From Bacteroidales bacterium (GTDB taxonomy: Bacteria; Bacteroidota; Bacteroidia; Bacteroidales; F082): a stretch of 64,000 bases of DNA. This document shows positions 9,592 to 19,146 of the stretch, piece by piece (positions within the stretch are counted from its first letter, which is position 1; every line of letters begins with the position of its first letter). The stretch spans positions 25,266 to 89,265 of the forward strand of contig JAFGXS010000034.1 in NCBI GenBank assembly GCA_016936505.1, given 5' to 3'. A program made the translations under genes and the position numbers. Under the pieces are notes generated by a model that was given only the letters and a program-made list of their open reading frames with translations, was not told where the DNA came from and made no database searches.

Positions 9592-10592
9592 TTAAAGTTC
9601 AACATATTTTACATATGTTTTGTAGTCCTTTTTTTGAATTTTATACGTGAGATATTGTTTCTTGTCAAAGACAAAATAGTCTTTACCCAGGCAAAATGGA
9701 GAATATCTAAAGGCATTGAATTTAATGTTTGCTTTATTTAAAAAACAGTCTTCTCCGTTTTTATAATTTTCAAAATTCAGGTTTTCAGTATCGAGCCATT
9801 TATGTATGCCTTCTAATGTATCCCATTTGGATATATCTATTTTTTTCAACAATTCTTCCAGGTCTGAGAAAATCTCAATGATTAGTTTTTTAGCGAATGA
9901 ATTTCTGTCAGAATGGCTAATATTATTGTGCTTAAAGGTGTTAAAAGTGAAATTTTCATCATAAACAGAGCAATCCCTAAAGGGGTTGTTTTAATAATAT
10001 GACTCAAGTATGAAATTCCCTGATGTAAGAAGACGGTTTGAGAAAAAAAAGAGGAAGGGACAAGATTCTTAGGGTTTTTATCAACACCAGAATTCCCATC
10101 AATAAAAACTAATACCTTATTCCCATTCGCGATATCCGATTTAAGTTTCCATATAACGTTCTTTTCCCGACTTGATATAAACCGCAATTTTTGTTTTGAT
10201 TATTTAGAGCCCTTTAAATACTTGTTTAATGAAATAAATAATTCAGATTGTTGACTTTTTATTCGACCTTCCATTAAAATTGTAATGTTATACCCAAGTT
10301 GACTTAATAAAACGGGCAACATTCTATACTCTCCGATACAATATGAATAAATTATGGCTGATTTATCAATTTCATCTATAATTGAGTTGTTGGGCAATAT
10401 TGCATTTAAATATTCAATAGAATTTAGAAAACGATAGTAACTTTCCTCTTTGTAGGAAAGGTAGCGATAAAGGACTTTTCTATGTTCATCTAACGAATCA
10501 TTGCCAAAGAAATGTATCATATTGGCACTAATCTTTGCATAAAGAAATTCAATATTTCCTTTGTAGAGTCTATTTCTTGTCAAATAATTCAT
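9592..10592 (-). pseudogene. LpxL/HtrB-like (lipid A-type) acyltransferase split into three ORFs
   Basis: ORFs 10592-10200 and 10187-9882 are in one frame separated only by TAA 10202-10200; a frameshift after ~9995 links to ORF 9852-9592. Motifs IIYSYCIGEYRMLPVLLSQLGY, LKSDIANGNKVLVFIDGNSG, FFSQTVFLHQGISYLSH, LEELLKK...WDTLEGIHKW follow the LpxL layout. Confidence 0.72.
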
Positions 10593-11652
10593 TTGCGTTT
10601 AAATAAATTAAACCATCAGGGATGTGAGGGGTCTCAATTGCTTTAACCGAAACGTCATAAGTGTTATTTGATAATACTTGTTTCTTTTTAGTTCTATTAA
10701 ATAACATGTTTATACTACCTTCTGAAAATTTGTATCCTTTAATGCCTTCTACGTATGATACACTGACTTCATATCCTTCCAAGTTCGTATAAATAATACC
10801 CATTGATTTTTGTGTTGCTGCTATCCATTTGTTTATTTCCCCTATTTTATAGGTGATATAGGTTATGGCATAATCGTTCTTCCCGATTAGCATATAACCT
10901 GAAATGTTATTGTATTTCTTCTTACGAATAAATGATATTTTGTAAACATCATTTCCCTGATATTTTGTCATTCCATCGTAATGAAAATCAAACTTTTTAA
11001 ACAAACGGATAGGGGCATGATTTTGAACAAAAATGACTGAATAAAATCCACTTGGTGATATTTCATTACCATAATCATAAAAAGAATCATTTATCAAGTC
11101 GTTCTTGATTTCATATTTAGCAGCTAATAAATGATTTTCATCTTTCGTTAAAGCTACTTTTCCTTTGAAATCAGCAATCTTGCTATTTGGACTATCCAGG
11201 AAAATGAAACTCACATTTAGGGCCAGTGTATCACCCTGTAGGGATGGATAGTTTTTACTTATGTTTTCAATTGCTTTCTGTACAATATTGCCGGCATTTG
11301 GAAAGATTATGGTAACTTCAGAAAGTTCAAATATTTTTGGACTTAATAAGACTTTAGCAGGATGATTTGACATAGAAGGAGTAAGACTGATTACTTTACC
11401 AGCATATCCAACATGAGATATGTAGGCATCTTTTTGGTGCGTAATTAAAGTGCTGTCGGGAAAAATAATCTGGCACATTCCATTTCTATCCGAAACTGAA
11501 AGATACTTTTTCTCGTTTGTGTATATATAAACGTTCTCAATTGGTTTGTTGGTTAATGAATCTAGAATTTGAAGATTAATTGTTTGGGCTACGGTAAATG
11601 TTGGAAGAATAAACAACATCTTGAAAAGGATAACAGCTAATAATTTTTTCAT
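10570..11652 (-). CDS. Secreted protein with an N-terminal carboxypeptidase-regulatory-like domain
   Basis: Signal peptide from ATG 11652; ILDSLTNKPIENVYI...SDRNG...ISHVGY...LSEVTI is the Bacteroidota CarboxypepD_reg pattern. Confidence 0.75.
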   Translation of the reverse strand: MKKLLAVILFKMLFILPTFTVAQTINLQILDSLTNKPIENVYIYTNEKKYLSVSDRNGMCQIIFPDSTLITHQKDAYISHVGYAGKVISLTPSMSNHPAKVLLSPKIFELSEVTIIFPNAGNIVQKAIENISKNYPSLQGDTLALNVSFIFLDSPNSKIADFKGKVALTKDENHLLAAKYEIKNDLINDSFYDYGNEISPSGFYSVIFVQNHAPIRLFKKFDFHYDGMTKYQGNDVYKISFIRKKKYNNISGYMLIGKNDYAITYITYKIGEINKWIAATQKSMGIIYTNLEGYEVSVSYVEGIKGYKFSEGSINMLFNRTKKKQVLSNNTYDVSVKAIETPHIPDGLIYLNANELFDKK

Positions 11653-11802
11653 CGGTTTATAAATTTTGCCATCGGTAAAATGTGCTAAAAGTTTCTGCAA
11701 ATTCAGAAACTTTTATGAATCTGTAATAGTCATTCACATGGGTGCTTTTTTGACTAAATAAATTCATGCTTTCTTATTTCAAATAATTTAATTATTGATA
11801 AA

Positions 11803-11832
11803 AATCAGAGCAGGTCGAAACCTGCTCTGATT
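11803..11832 (-). terminator. Intrinsic terminator / stabilising hairpin after the 49-aa ORF
   Basis: Perfect 13-bp stem AATCAGAGCAGGT/ACCTGCTCTGATT with a 4-nt loop, followed by a short U tract on the minus strand. Confidence 0.85.
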
Positions 11833-11850
11833 AAACTGTTGTTACGAAAA

Positions 11851-12000
11851 TCAACCGTTGGGAACATCCAGCAAAACACCATCTCCTCGTCTCCAAAGAA
11901 CAAGCATTTCTTTCCGTTCTTCCAGTTCTTCAACTTTTACTGCTTTTGAATCAAATTGCAATTCTTTTACATCGTTTGATTCTAATTTAAAATTTTCCAT
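11851..12000 (-). CDS. Putative RiPP precursor peptide, 49 aa: MENFKLESNDVKELQFDSKAVKVEELEERKEMLVLWRRGDGVLLDVPNG
   Basis: Below the ORF-track cutoff. ATG preceded by an A/T-rich initiation region; acidic leader-like N-terminus, distinct C-terminal core; followed by a terminator; upstream of an RRE-protease. Confidence 0.7.
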   Translation of the reverse strand: MENFKLESNDVKELQFDSKAVKVEELEERKEMLVLWRRGDGVLLDVPNG

Positions 12001-12397
12001 TTTAAATTAATTTTTTAAATTATACCTACTTCTGATTTAAGGTCTCTTCGGTAAATTCTGACCATGTCTAGACATTTTCTTCTGAAACATTTCTGACTCA
12101 ATTTTTAATTCCGAAAAAGTCGGTGGACTTTGTCATCTTCCCTTTCGTCTTTTATATTGCCCATTACTTTCTTATGAAAGAACTGTTATTTTCCATTTTT
12201 CTCTTTTTGAAAAAAATAGAATTGTTTCAGGTATCAATGGTGAGCCTTCTATTTTCGACAATCTTGGTAGTTGTTTTCATAAAATTTAATGTGTTAAATA
12301 AATTGTACAATCGCATAAGGTTTATTTAGCTGCTTTGTCCAATTTCTGAAACAACACATCATCAATGGGCTGTCAGGAAAAGAATTTTTTAGTATGT

Positions 12398-12603
12398 TTG
12401 CCGACTACCTCCTTTCTTTGTTTTACAGGTTATTACTCGCATGATAATTTTATCTCATTGAGGGGAGGTTTTTATCTCCCATATTTTTATAAAAAAATCC
12501 TTTGAAAATTAAATTGTGCCTTTTAGGATTTTCAGTTTGCTAATTGTTTCACATCAAAGAAACAAAAAAAAACGAAAATCTTAAGATTTCTTAAAATTTA
12601 AAT
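12398..12603. repeat. ~205-bp direct repeat, copy 2 (copy 1 at 7869-8075)
   Basis: Visual alignment from ttgcc-a-t-acctcctttctttgtttt to ttcttaaaatttaaat. Confidence 0.92.
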
Positions 12604-12695
12604 TGAATATAAATTACAGTAAACATGTTTAACCACTTATAATATCAACATTGTAAGTAAAATAATTCCCCCTAAAAATGTGTTAATTTTGCCCC

Positions 12696-13265
12696 ATGAT
12701 TATAATTGACGATACACTGGTTTCTGAAAACCTGAGAAAAGTACATTTCATTTGCGATTTGGGTAAATGCCACGGCGATTGCTGTGTAGAAGGCGATGCC
12801 GGTGCCCCGCTCGAAGAGGATGAAATCAGTATTCTGGAAGATGTAGTGGAAGAAGTTAAACCCTACATGACACCGGAAGGTTTGGCAGTAGTAGAAAAAA
12901 ATGGTGTTTTTGATTACGATATAGACGGAAGTTATGTGACTCCATTGGTTAACGACCGTGAATGTGCTTTTGTATATTTTGAAAACGGCATCAGCTTTTG
13001 TGCGATTGAAAAAGCCTGGTCTGAAGGTAAAATTGATTTTAAGAAGCCCATTTCCTGCCATTTATATCCTGTCAGACTACAAGAGTTGGCCTCAGATACT
13101 ACAGCTGTCAACTATGACCAGTGGGACATCTGCAAAGCAGCTTTGTTAAAAGGCAAAGAAGAGCAGGTTCCAGTTTATCAATTTCTTAAAGAGCCTCTCA
13201 TCAGGAAATTTGGAGAGGAATGGTATAAAAAGTTAACTGTAGCTTTTGAAAACGAACAGGACTAA
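12696..13265 (+). CDS. DUF3109 family protein
   Basis: FICDLGKCHGDCCVEGDAGAPL, KPISCHLYPVR, WDICKAA; TAATTTTG box just upstream. Confidence 0.88.
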   Translation: MIIIDDTLVSENLRKVHFICDLGKCHGDCCVEGDAGAPLEEDEISILEDVVEEVKPYMTPEGLAVVEKNGVFDYDIDGSYVTPLVNDRECAFVYFENGISFCAIEKAWSEGKIDFKKPISCHLYPVRLQELASDTTAVNYDQWDICKAALLKGKEEQVPVYQFLKEPLIRKFGEEWYKKLTVAFENEQD

Positions 13266-13771
13266 GCAGGATTTGCTGCACCGGCAGACATAGTCTCCAG
13301 CTCTTTATCAATATGAAACATCCCGGCTTTATCGGTACCTACTAATCGTATTTTATCCAAAATAGTCCGCATCAGGCTTTCTTCTTCCAGTTGTTCTGTA
13401 ATGAACCATTGCAGAAAATTAGCCGTGGTAAAATCCTTCTCATCAAAAGTAAGTTCATAGAGTTTATTGATGGATGCGGTGATATATTCTTCGTGATCCA
13501 AAACCTGCTCAAACAGCTCCTGTAAAGAATTGAACTCATCGGCAGGTTGCTCCTGATCAAATAACTGAGCTTTACCGCCTCTTTCGTTAACGTAATGTAC
13601 AAACTTCATCTGATGCATGCGCTCTTCATCTGCATGGCGATACAAAAAGGCTGAAGCACCCGGATAACCTTTCACTTCACACCAAATGGCCATAGCCAAA
13701 TAAAGTCTGGAAGAAAATTCTTCTTTTTGAATTTGTTTATTAATTGCAGCTTCAACTTTTGGATTCATCAT
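13262..13771 (-). CDS. ftnA: Non-heme ferritin
   Basis: INKQIQKEEFSSRLYLAM, HADEERMH, HEEYITASIN, FLQWFITEQLEEE ferroxidase residues. Confidence 0.93.
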   Translation of the reverse strand: MMNPKVEAAINKQIQKEEFSSRLYLAMAIWCEVKGYPGASAFLYRHADEERMHQMKFVHYVNERGGKAQLFDQEQPADEFNSLQELFEQVLDHEEYITASINKLYELTFDEKDFTTANFLQWFITEQLEEESLMRTILDKIRLVGTDKAGMFHIDKELETMSAGAANPA

Positions 13772-13798
13772 GACAGTAAATTTTGATCAGCAAATTTA

Positions 13799-13834
13799 CA
13801 AAAAAACCCGGGAGCAAAAGTACGACTCCCGGGT
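13799..13834 (-). terminator. Intrinsic terminator of the atpBEFHAG operon
   Basis: Stem ACCCGGGAG/CTCCCGGGT with an A-run on the plus strand (U-tract on minus) just after the atpG stop. Confidence 0.8.
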
Positions 13835-13856
13835 ATGAATTATGTAAATTGCTTTA

Positions 13857-14744
13857 TCAACCCTTCAATGCTTCGGCACCACTAACAATTTCCAAAATTT
13901 CAGTGGTAATGGCTGCCTGTCTGGCTTTATTGTAAGTAAGATTGAGTTCTTTGAGTAAGTCGGAAGCATTTTCTGTAGCCTGATGCATGGCAGTCATTCG
14001 GGCTCCATGCTCGGCAGCATTGCTATCAAGTAACGCTTTATAAAGCTGAATCTTCAGGCTTTTTGGTATAAGCTCTGTAAGAATCTCTTCTTTTCCCGGT
14101 TCAAACAGGTAATTGGGGTGTGCACTATGAAATGTTTTATCTGAAGCAGGCTTTTCTTCAACAGGAAGAAACTGCTCTGTTTCCAACACCTGAACTCCCA
14201 CGTTCTTAAAACGGTTATACACAAGCACAATTTTATCGTAAGCCCCTTTTTCATAATCGGCCATCAATCCTTCTGCCAATTTGGAAGCATTTTCAAAATT
14301 AAGATTGTTGAAAATATCCACATTTATTTCTTTAGGAGCAACTCCTTTGGATTTCAAAAGGTCAGCACCTTTTTTTCCATAACAAACAACGGAAACATTA
14401 TTCTCCTTATGCAGCTGTGCAAAGTCAGTTTGTAAAAGGTTCACCACCCTTTTTACTACATTTGCATTAAAGGCGCCACACAATCCACGGTTTGAAGTAA
14501 CTACAACAATTAAAGCTTTGTTGAGTTCTCTTTGATCAGAAAAAGCATGCTCATTGGAATCTTCCATGCTTACCGTAAGATCGCCCATTATCTCATGCAA
14601 CTTGGCAGCATAAGGTCTCATTTTGGTAATTGCATCCTGAGCCCGGCGCAATTTTGCTGCTGCTACTAATTTCATTGCACTGGTAATTTGCTTGGTAGAT
14701 TTTACCGAAGCAATCCTGTTTCTTACTTCTTTCAGATTGGCCAT
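13857..14744 (-). CDS. atpG: F1Fo ATP synthase gamma subunit
   Basis: MANLKEVRNRIASVKSTKQITSAMKLVAAAKL, RGLCGAFN, EHGARMTAM, NKARQAAITTEILEIVSGA. Confidence 0.98.
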   Translation of the reverse strand: MANLKEVRNRIASVKSTKQITSAMKLVAAAKLRRAQDAITKMRPYAAKLHEIMGDLTVSMEDSNEHAFSDQRELNKALIVVVTSNRGLCGAFNANVVKRVVNLLQTDFAQLHKENNVSVVCYGKKGADLLKSKGVAPKEINVDIFNNLNFENASKLAEGLMADYEKGAYDKIVLVYNRFKNVGVQVLETEQFLPVEEKPASDKTFHSAHPNYLFEPGKEEILTELIPKSLKIQLYKALLDSNAAEHGARMTAMHQATENASDLLKELNLTYNKARQAAITTEILEIVSGAEALKG

Positions 14745-14761
14745 TGCAACAAGTGTTTCCT

Positions 14762-16345
14762 TTATTTTTTAAATCGTAAAGAAATTTCTCCTGCCACTTT
14801 TTTGAGCACTTCAATTTCTTCATCAGTAAGTTTTCCTTTTTTCAGGTCAGTAAGCAGGTCTTTATATTTTTCATCCAAAACCATAAGAAAACTTTCCTGA
14901 AAATCTTTGATGCTTTCTACCGGAACACTGCGCAACAGGTTTTGAGTACCACAAAAGATCATGGCCACTTGATGTTCTACCGACATAGGAGAATACTGCG
15001 GCTGTTTCAGGATTTCAACATTCCTGCGTCCTTTTTCCAAAACAGCTAACGTAGCAGCATCCAAGTCGGAACCAAATTTAGCAAAAGCCTCCAGCTCACG
15101 GAATTGTGCCTGATCGAGTTTCAAAGTACCGGCTACTTTTTTCATGGATTTGATCTGAGCCGCACCCCCAACACGCGATACTGAAATACCTACGTTAATA
15201 GCAGGACGAATACCAGCATTGAACAAATTGGTTTCCAGGAAAATCTGCCCGTCAGTAATGGAAATTACATTGGTTGGAATGTAAGCCGAAACATCACCGG
15301 CTTGTGTTTCAATAATCGGTAAAGCCGTTAACGAACCTCCTCCCTTTACTTTATCCTTAATGCTTTCAGGAACATTATTCATATTCTTGGCAATTTCATC
15401 GGAGTCGATAATTTTTGCTGCACGTTCCAACAAACGGGAATGCAAATAGAACACATCACCGGGATAGGCTTCACGTCCGGGAGGACGACGCAATAGCAAA
15501 GAAACCTCACGATAAGCTACGGCTTGTTTTGAAAGATCATCATAAACAATTAAAGCCGGACGGCCTGTATCGCGAAAGTATTCGCCAATGGCAGCTCCAG
15601 CAAAAGGAGCATAAAACTGCATAGCAGCAGGGTAGGATGCATTGGCAGTTACAATTACCGTATAAGCCATAGCGCCATGCGATTCTAAGGTTTTTTGTAT
15701 CTGAGCTACTGTTGAACCTTTTTGTCCGGCGGCTACATAAATACAGTAAACAGGTTCTCCCCTGTCGTAAAACTCTTTTTGATTAATGATGGTATCAATA
15801 GCAATGGCTGTTTTCCCGGTTTGGCGGTCACCAATAATTAACTCACGTTGTCCGCGTCCGATCGGAATCATAGCATCAATAGCTTTTACCCCAGTTTGCA
15901 GCGGTTCATTTACAGGCTGACGGAAAATTACTCCCGGAGCTTTTCTTTCCAGGGGCATTTCAAAACGCTCCCCTTCAATCGGGCCTTTTCCGTCCAAAGG
16001 CTCACCCAACGTATTAATAACTCTTCCCAGCAAACCTTCACCGGCTCCAACCGATGCAATTTGTCCGGTGCGTTTTACTTTATCGCCTTCATTAATATCT
16101 TCAGCATCACCCAGCAATACAATACCCACATTGTCTTCTTCAAGGTTCAGCACAATTCCTTTTAAGCCATTTTTCTCAAACTCAACCAGCTCCCCCTGTT
16201 CGGCATTAGATAGGCCGTAAACACGGGCTATACCGTCGCCTATGGTAAGTACCGAACCAATTTCTTCAAGTGCAGCCTCAGATTCAAAGCCTGCCAGTTC
16301 TTTTCGCAGTATAGCTGATATTTCAGCCGGTTTGATGTCTGCCAT
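14762..16345 (-). CDS. atpA: F1Fo ATP synthase alpha subunit
   Basis: GDRQTGKT Walker [35 protein letters not shown]. Confidence 0.99.
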   Translation of the reverse strand: MADIKPAEISAILRKELAGFESEAALEEIGSVLTIGDGIARVYGLSNAEQGELVEFEKNGLKGIVLNLEEDNVGIVLLGDAEDINEGDKVKRTGQIASVGAGEGLLGRVINTLGEPLDGKGPIEGERFEMPLERKAPGVIFRQPVNEPLQTGVKAIDAMIPIGRGQRELIIGDRQTGKTAIAIDTIINQKEFYDRGEPVYCIYVAAGQKGSTVAQIQKTLESHGAMAYTVIVTANASYPAAMQFYAPFAGAAIGEYFRDTGRPALIVYDDLSKQAVAYREVSLLLRRPPGREAYPGDVFYLHSRLLERAAKIIDSDEIAKNMNNVPESIKDKVKGGGSLTALPIIETQAGDVSAYIPTNVISITDGQIFLETNLFNAGIRPAINVGISVSRVGGAAQIKSMKKVAGTLKLDQAQFRELEAFAKFGSDLDAATLAVLEKGRRNVEILKQPQYSPMSVEHQVAMIFCGTQNLLRSVPVESIKDFQESFLMVLDEKYKDLLTDLKKGKLTDEEIEVLKKVAGEISLRFKK

Positions 16346-16360
16346 ATCTGTATCTTTAGA

Positions 16361-16927
16361 TTAAAATTGTTTCACATATAAATTTTCAGCAAAGGTTTTT
16401 CTGAGCCTTCTCAGCTTGCTGGCAATGCTGGCATCGAATTGATAGTCTTCAACACGAATCACAAAGCCCCCCACCAGACTTTCATCAATAATTTCTTTCA
16501 ATTCCACGTCTTTGTGGGTGATGGTTTTTATTCGGTTCATCAGGTCCTTCTTATTCACTTCATCCAGTGGAAAGGCGGTAATGATCTCAGCCTTAATCAG
16601 GTTTTTGTGATCATAATACAGCACCTCAAAAGCCCTGCAAATATCAAGTAACCAGGCTTCTCTTCTCTTCTTAACAATGAGTTGAATAAAATGCAGGCTC
16701 AGATCTCCAATTAGTTTTTTCTCTCCAAAAATTGCCTGTGTCAACCTCAACTTAACAGAAACATCAAGCACTGGATTATGCATCACTTTTCTCAGATTTC
16801 TGTTTTCTTCCAGAACCGATTGAACCATCGACATATCAGCATACACCTGATCAATAACTTTGTTTTCCAAAGCCAAATCAAACAATGCTTGTGCATAGCG
16901 CTTTGCTAATAACCGAACCCTTGCCAT
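16361..16927 (-). CDS. atpH: F1Fo ATP synthase delta subunit
   Basis: AKRYAQALF, LVGGFVIRV...DASI; operon position. Confidence 0.95.
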   Translation of the reverse strand: MARVRLLAKRYAQALFDLALENKVIDQVYADMSMVQSVLEENRNLRKVMHNPVLDVSVKLRLTQAIFGEKKLIGDLSLHFIQLIVKKRREAWLLDICRAFEVLYYDHKNLIKAEIITAFPLDEVNKKDLMNRIKTITHKDVELKEIIDESLVGGFVIRVEDYQFDASIASKLRRLRKTFAENLYVKQF

Positions 16928-16929
16928 GC

Positions 16930-17424
16930 TTAATTTAAATTGGTTTCTTCTATCAGTTTTTCAACATAATCGTGCTGACGTTGTTTTTCTTTGAGTTCTT
17001 CTTTCAGAACCTTTTCAGCAATTTGAATTGAATAATCAGCAACCAGATTTTTCATTTCGATTAGTGCAGCACGCTTTTCGTTATTGATCTGTTCTCTAGC
17101 GCTCTCCACAATACTGTCCGCTTCCTGAAGCGCTTTCATACGAGCCTCATCAATAATTTTATCTTTTATTTTTCTGGCTTCAGCCAAAATTGCATCGCGT
17201 TCTTCTTTAGCTTCCTGCAACAGTTTTTCATTTTCTGCCTGCATTTGCTTCATTTGATCTCTGGCATCTTTAGCAGCCTCAAGCGATTCTTTAATACTGT
17301 CTTCACGCTCTTTTAGCCCTTTTAAAATCGGAGGCCAGGCAAATTTTCCCAGAATAAAAACGACCAGAATGAAAATTATGGTCATCCAGAAAAAAACGCC
17401 GAAGCCCGGAACAAGAACTGACAT
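16930..17424 (-). CDS. atpF: F1Fo ATP synthase b subunit
   Basis: N-terminal TM with KFAWPPIL, then a long coiled coil. Confidence 0.96.
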   Translation of the reverse strand: MSVLVPGFGVFFWMTIIFILVVFILGKFAWPPILKGLKEREDSIKESLEAAKDARDQMKQMQAENEKLLQEAKEERDAILAEARKIKDKIIDEARMKALQEADSIVESAREQINNEKRAALIEMKNLVADYSIQIAEKVLKEELKEKQRQHDYVEKLIEETNLN

Positions 17425-17455
17425 AACTTATATTTTAATTTAATTCTTTCATATT

Positions 17456-17488
17456 AAAAAGCACTCCGGCCAACCGCCGGAATACTTT
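17456..17488 (-). terminator. Hairpin between atpE and atpF (partial terminator or mRNA stabiliser)
   Basis: TCCGGC/GCCGGA stem (17465-70/17476-81) flanked by AAAG..CTTT, with a U5 tract on the minus strand. Confidence 0.55.
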
Positions 17489-17505
17489 GAAAATTTTGCT
17501 TGTGC

Positions 17506-17769
<264 letters not shown>

Positions 17770-17801
17770 TTAGTTATTTAAAAATGAATAATAGTTACAA
17801 G

Positions 17802-18920
17802 TCAATGATGGGGTTTTTCTACCGCCATTCCAAAATACAAAGCTGATAATATAGTAAACACATAAGCCTGGATAAGTGCAACCAACACTTCCAACATATC
17901 CAGAAAAATTGAGAACATTACCGAAACCACTGAAACGCCATAACCCAAACCGACACTGAATTTCGCAAAAATAAAAATCAATGCCACAAACCCCATAATA
18001 GCGGTATGACCCGCGATCATATTAGCAAAAAGTCGGATCATCAGAACAATCGGCTTAATGAAAAGCCCCATTACCTCAACAATAGGCATGAGTGGAATGG
18101 GAAATTTTAACCACCAGGGAACTCCGGGTGTATTAAAAATATCAGTCCAGTAATGCTTATTCCCATTCACCGTAGTAATAATAAACACGGCAAGAGCCAT
18201 CACACCTGTAATCGCCGTGTTTGCGGTAACACCCACGCTCCACGGAAAGAAAGGAATAATTCCCAGCAAATTATTGAAGAAAATAAAGAAAAATAAAGTC
18301 AGCAAAAATGGTGTGAACCTTTCATAATGATCTTTTCCAATGGATGCCTTGGCCACATCATCACGAATGAAAACAATAAGCGGTTCCATAAAAGACTGAA
18401 AACCTTTCGGTGCCATTTCTTTTCTTCTGCGATAGGTTTTGGCTACCCACAAAAAGATAAAAATTACCATCAGCGAATTAAGCATCAAGGTTCCGACAGT
18501 ACGGGTAATAGAAATATCTAACCGGGGCCTTACCTCAACACCTTCTGCATTTTTCCTTACTATCTTTCCCTGATTGTTTCCTTTCTCAGCTATGTAATAA
18601 CCCTTGTACTCACCATGATGGTGATGAAACTCTGAAGACCAAAAGGTAACCCAATGCCCCTGATCATACAAGATTACAGGTAACGATACTGTAAAATGAT
18701 GTTCCCCAATTTGAAAAATATGGTACTCATAACTATCGGTAATATGCTCTATGATGAGTTTACCTAATTCAAAACCCTCCTGTTCTGCTTCTTTTTGCTC
18801 TTTTTCGAACTCGCTTTCCTGTTTAGCATGTTGCGGAGCTGCAAACACAGGCATAGAAAGACTGAGAAAAAAAATTATAAGCAATACAACCGACTTATTG
18901 ACAAGGTTTTGACGCGCCAT
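17802..18920 (-). CDS. atpB: F1Fo ATP synthase a subunit with an N-terminal periplasmic extension
   Basis: NNLLG, LMIRLFANMIAGH, LIQAYVFTILSALY; TAAAATTG-like box upstream. Confidence 0.97.
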   Translation of the reverse strand: MARQNLVNKSVVLLIIFFLSLSMPVFAAPQHAKQESEFEKEQKEAEQEGFELGKLIIEHITDSYEYHIFQIGEHHFTVSLPVILYDQGHWVTFWSSEFHHHHGEYKGYYIAEKGNNQGKIVRKNAEGVEVRPRLDISITRTVGTLMLNSLMVIFIFLWVAKTYRRRKEMAPKGFQSFMEPLIVFIRDDVAKASIGKDHYERFTPFLLTLFFFIFFNNLLGIIPFFPWSVGVTANTAITGVMALAVFIITTVNGNKHYWTDIFNTPGVPWWLKFPIPLMPIVEVMGLFIKPIVLMIRLFANMIAGHTAIMGFVALIFIFAKFSVGLGYGVSVVSVMFSIFLDMLEVLVALIQAYVFTILSALYFGMAVEKPHH

Positions 18921-19146
18921 GGGATAGAAAAAGACTTTATTTGAGTTATTAGGTGCAATTTTACGAAGAAATGCTGGAAATGGAAAAACTTTTTAAAAAT
19001 AAATTATTTAGCAAATTTATTTTTATTACCTACACTATTACAATCGTTTGAATTATGGTATCAAAGAAAAATACATGAAACATTGTAATCTAATTTAAAG
19101 AATTGTAACTTCACAGAAAATATGTACTCACTAAAAACTTTGGGCC

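Noticed and set aside
8348-12000. Calling the cluster an epipeptide, lanthipeptide, lasso peptide or graspetide
   Set aside because: No radical SAM, Lan enzymes, lasso cyclase/protease or ATP-grasp in the cluster; the core has no Cys, Ser or Thr. The ATP-grasp at 3562-4458 is outside the island.
12123-12329. 68-aa plus-strand ORF as a membrane peptide gene
   Set aside because: The Phe/Leu-rich composition is what AT-rich antisense DNA yields; there is no promoter or homology cue, and it lies opposite the leader of the precursor gene.
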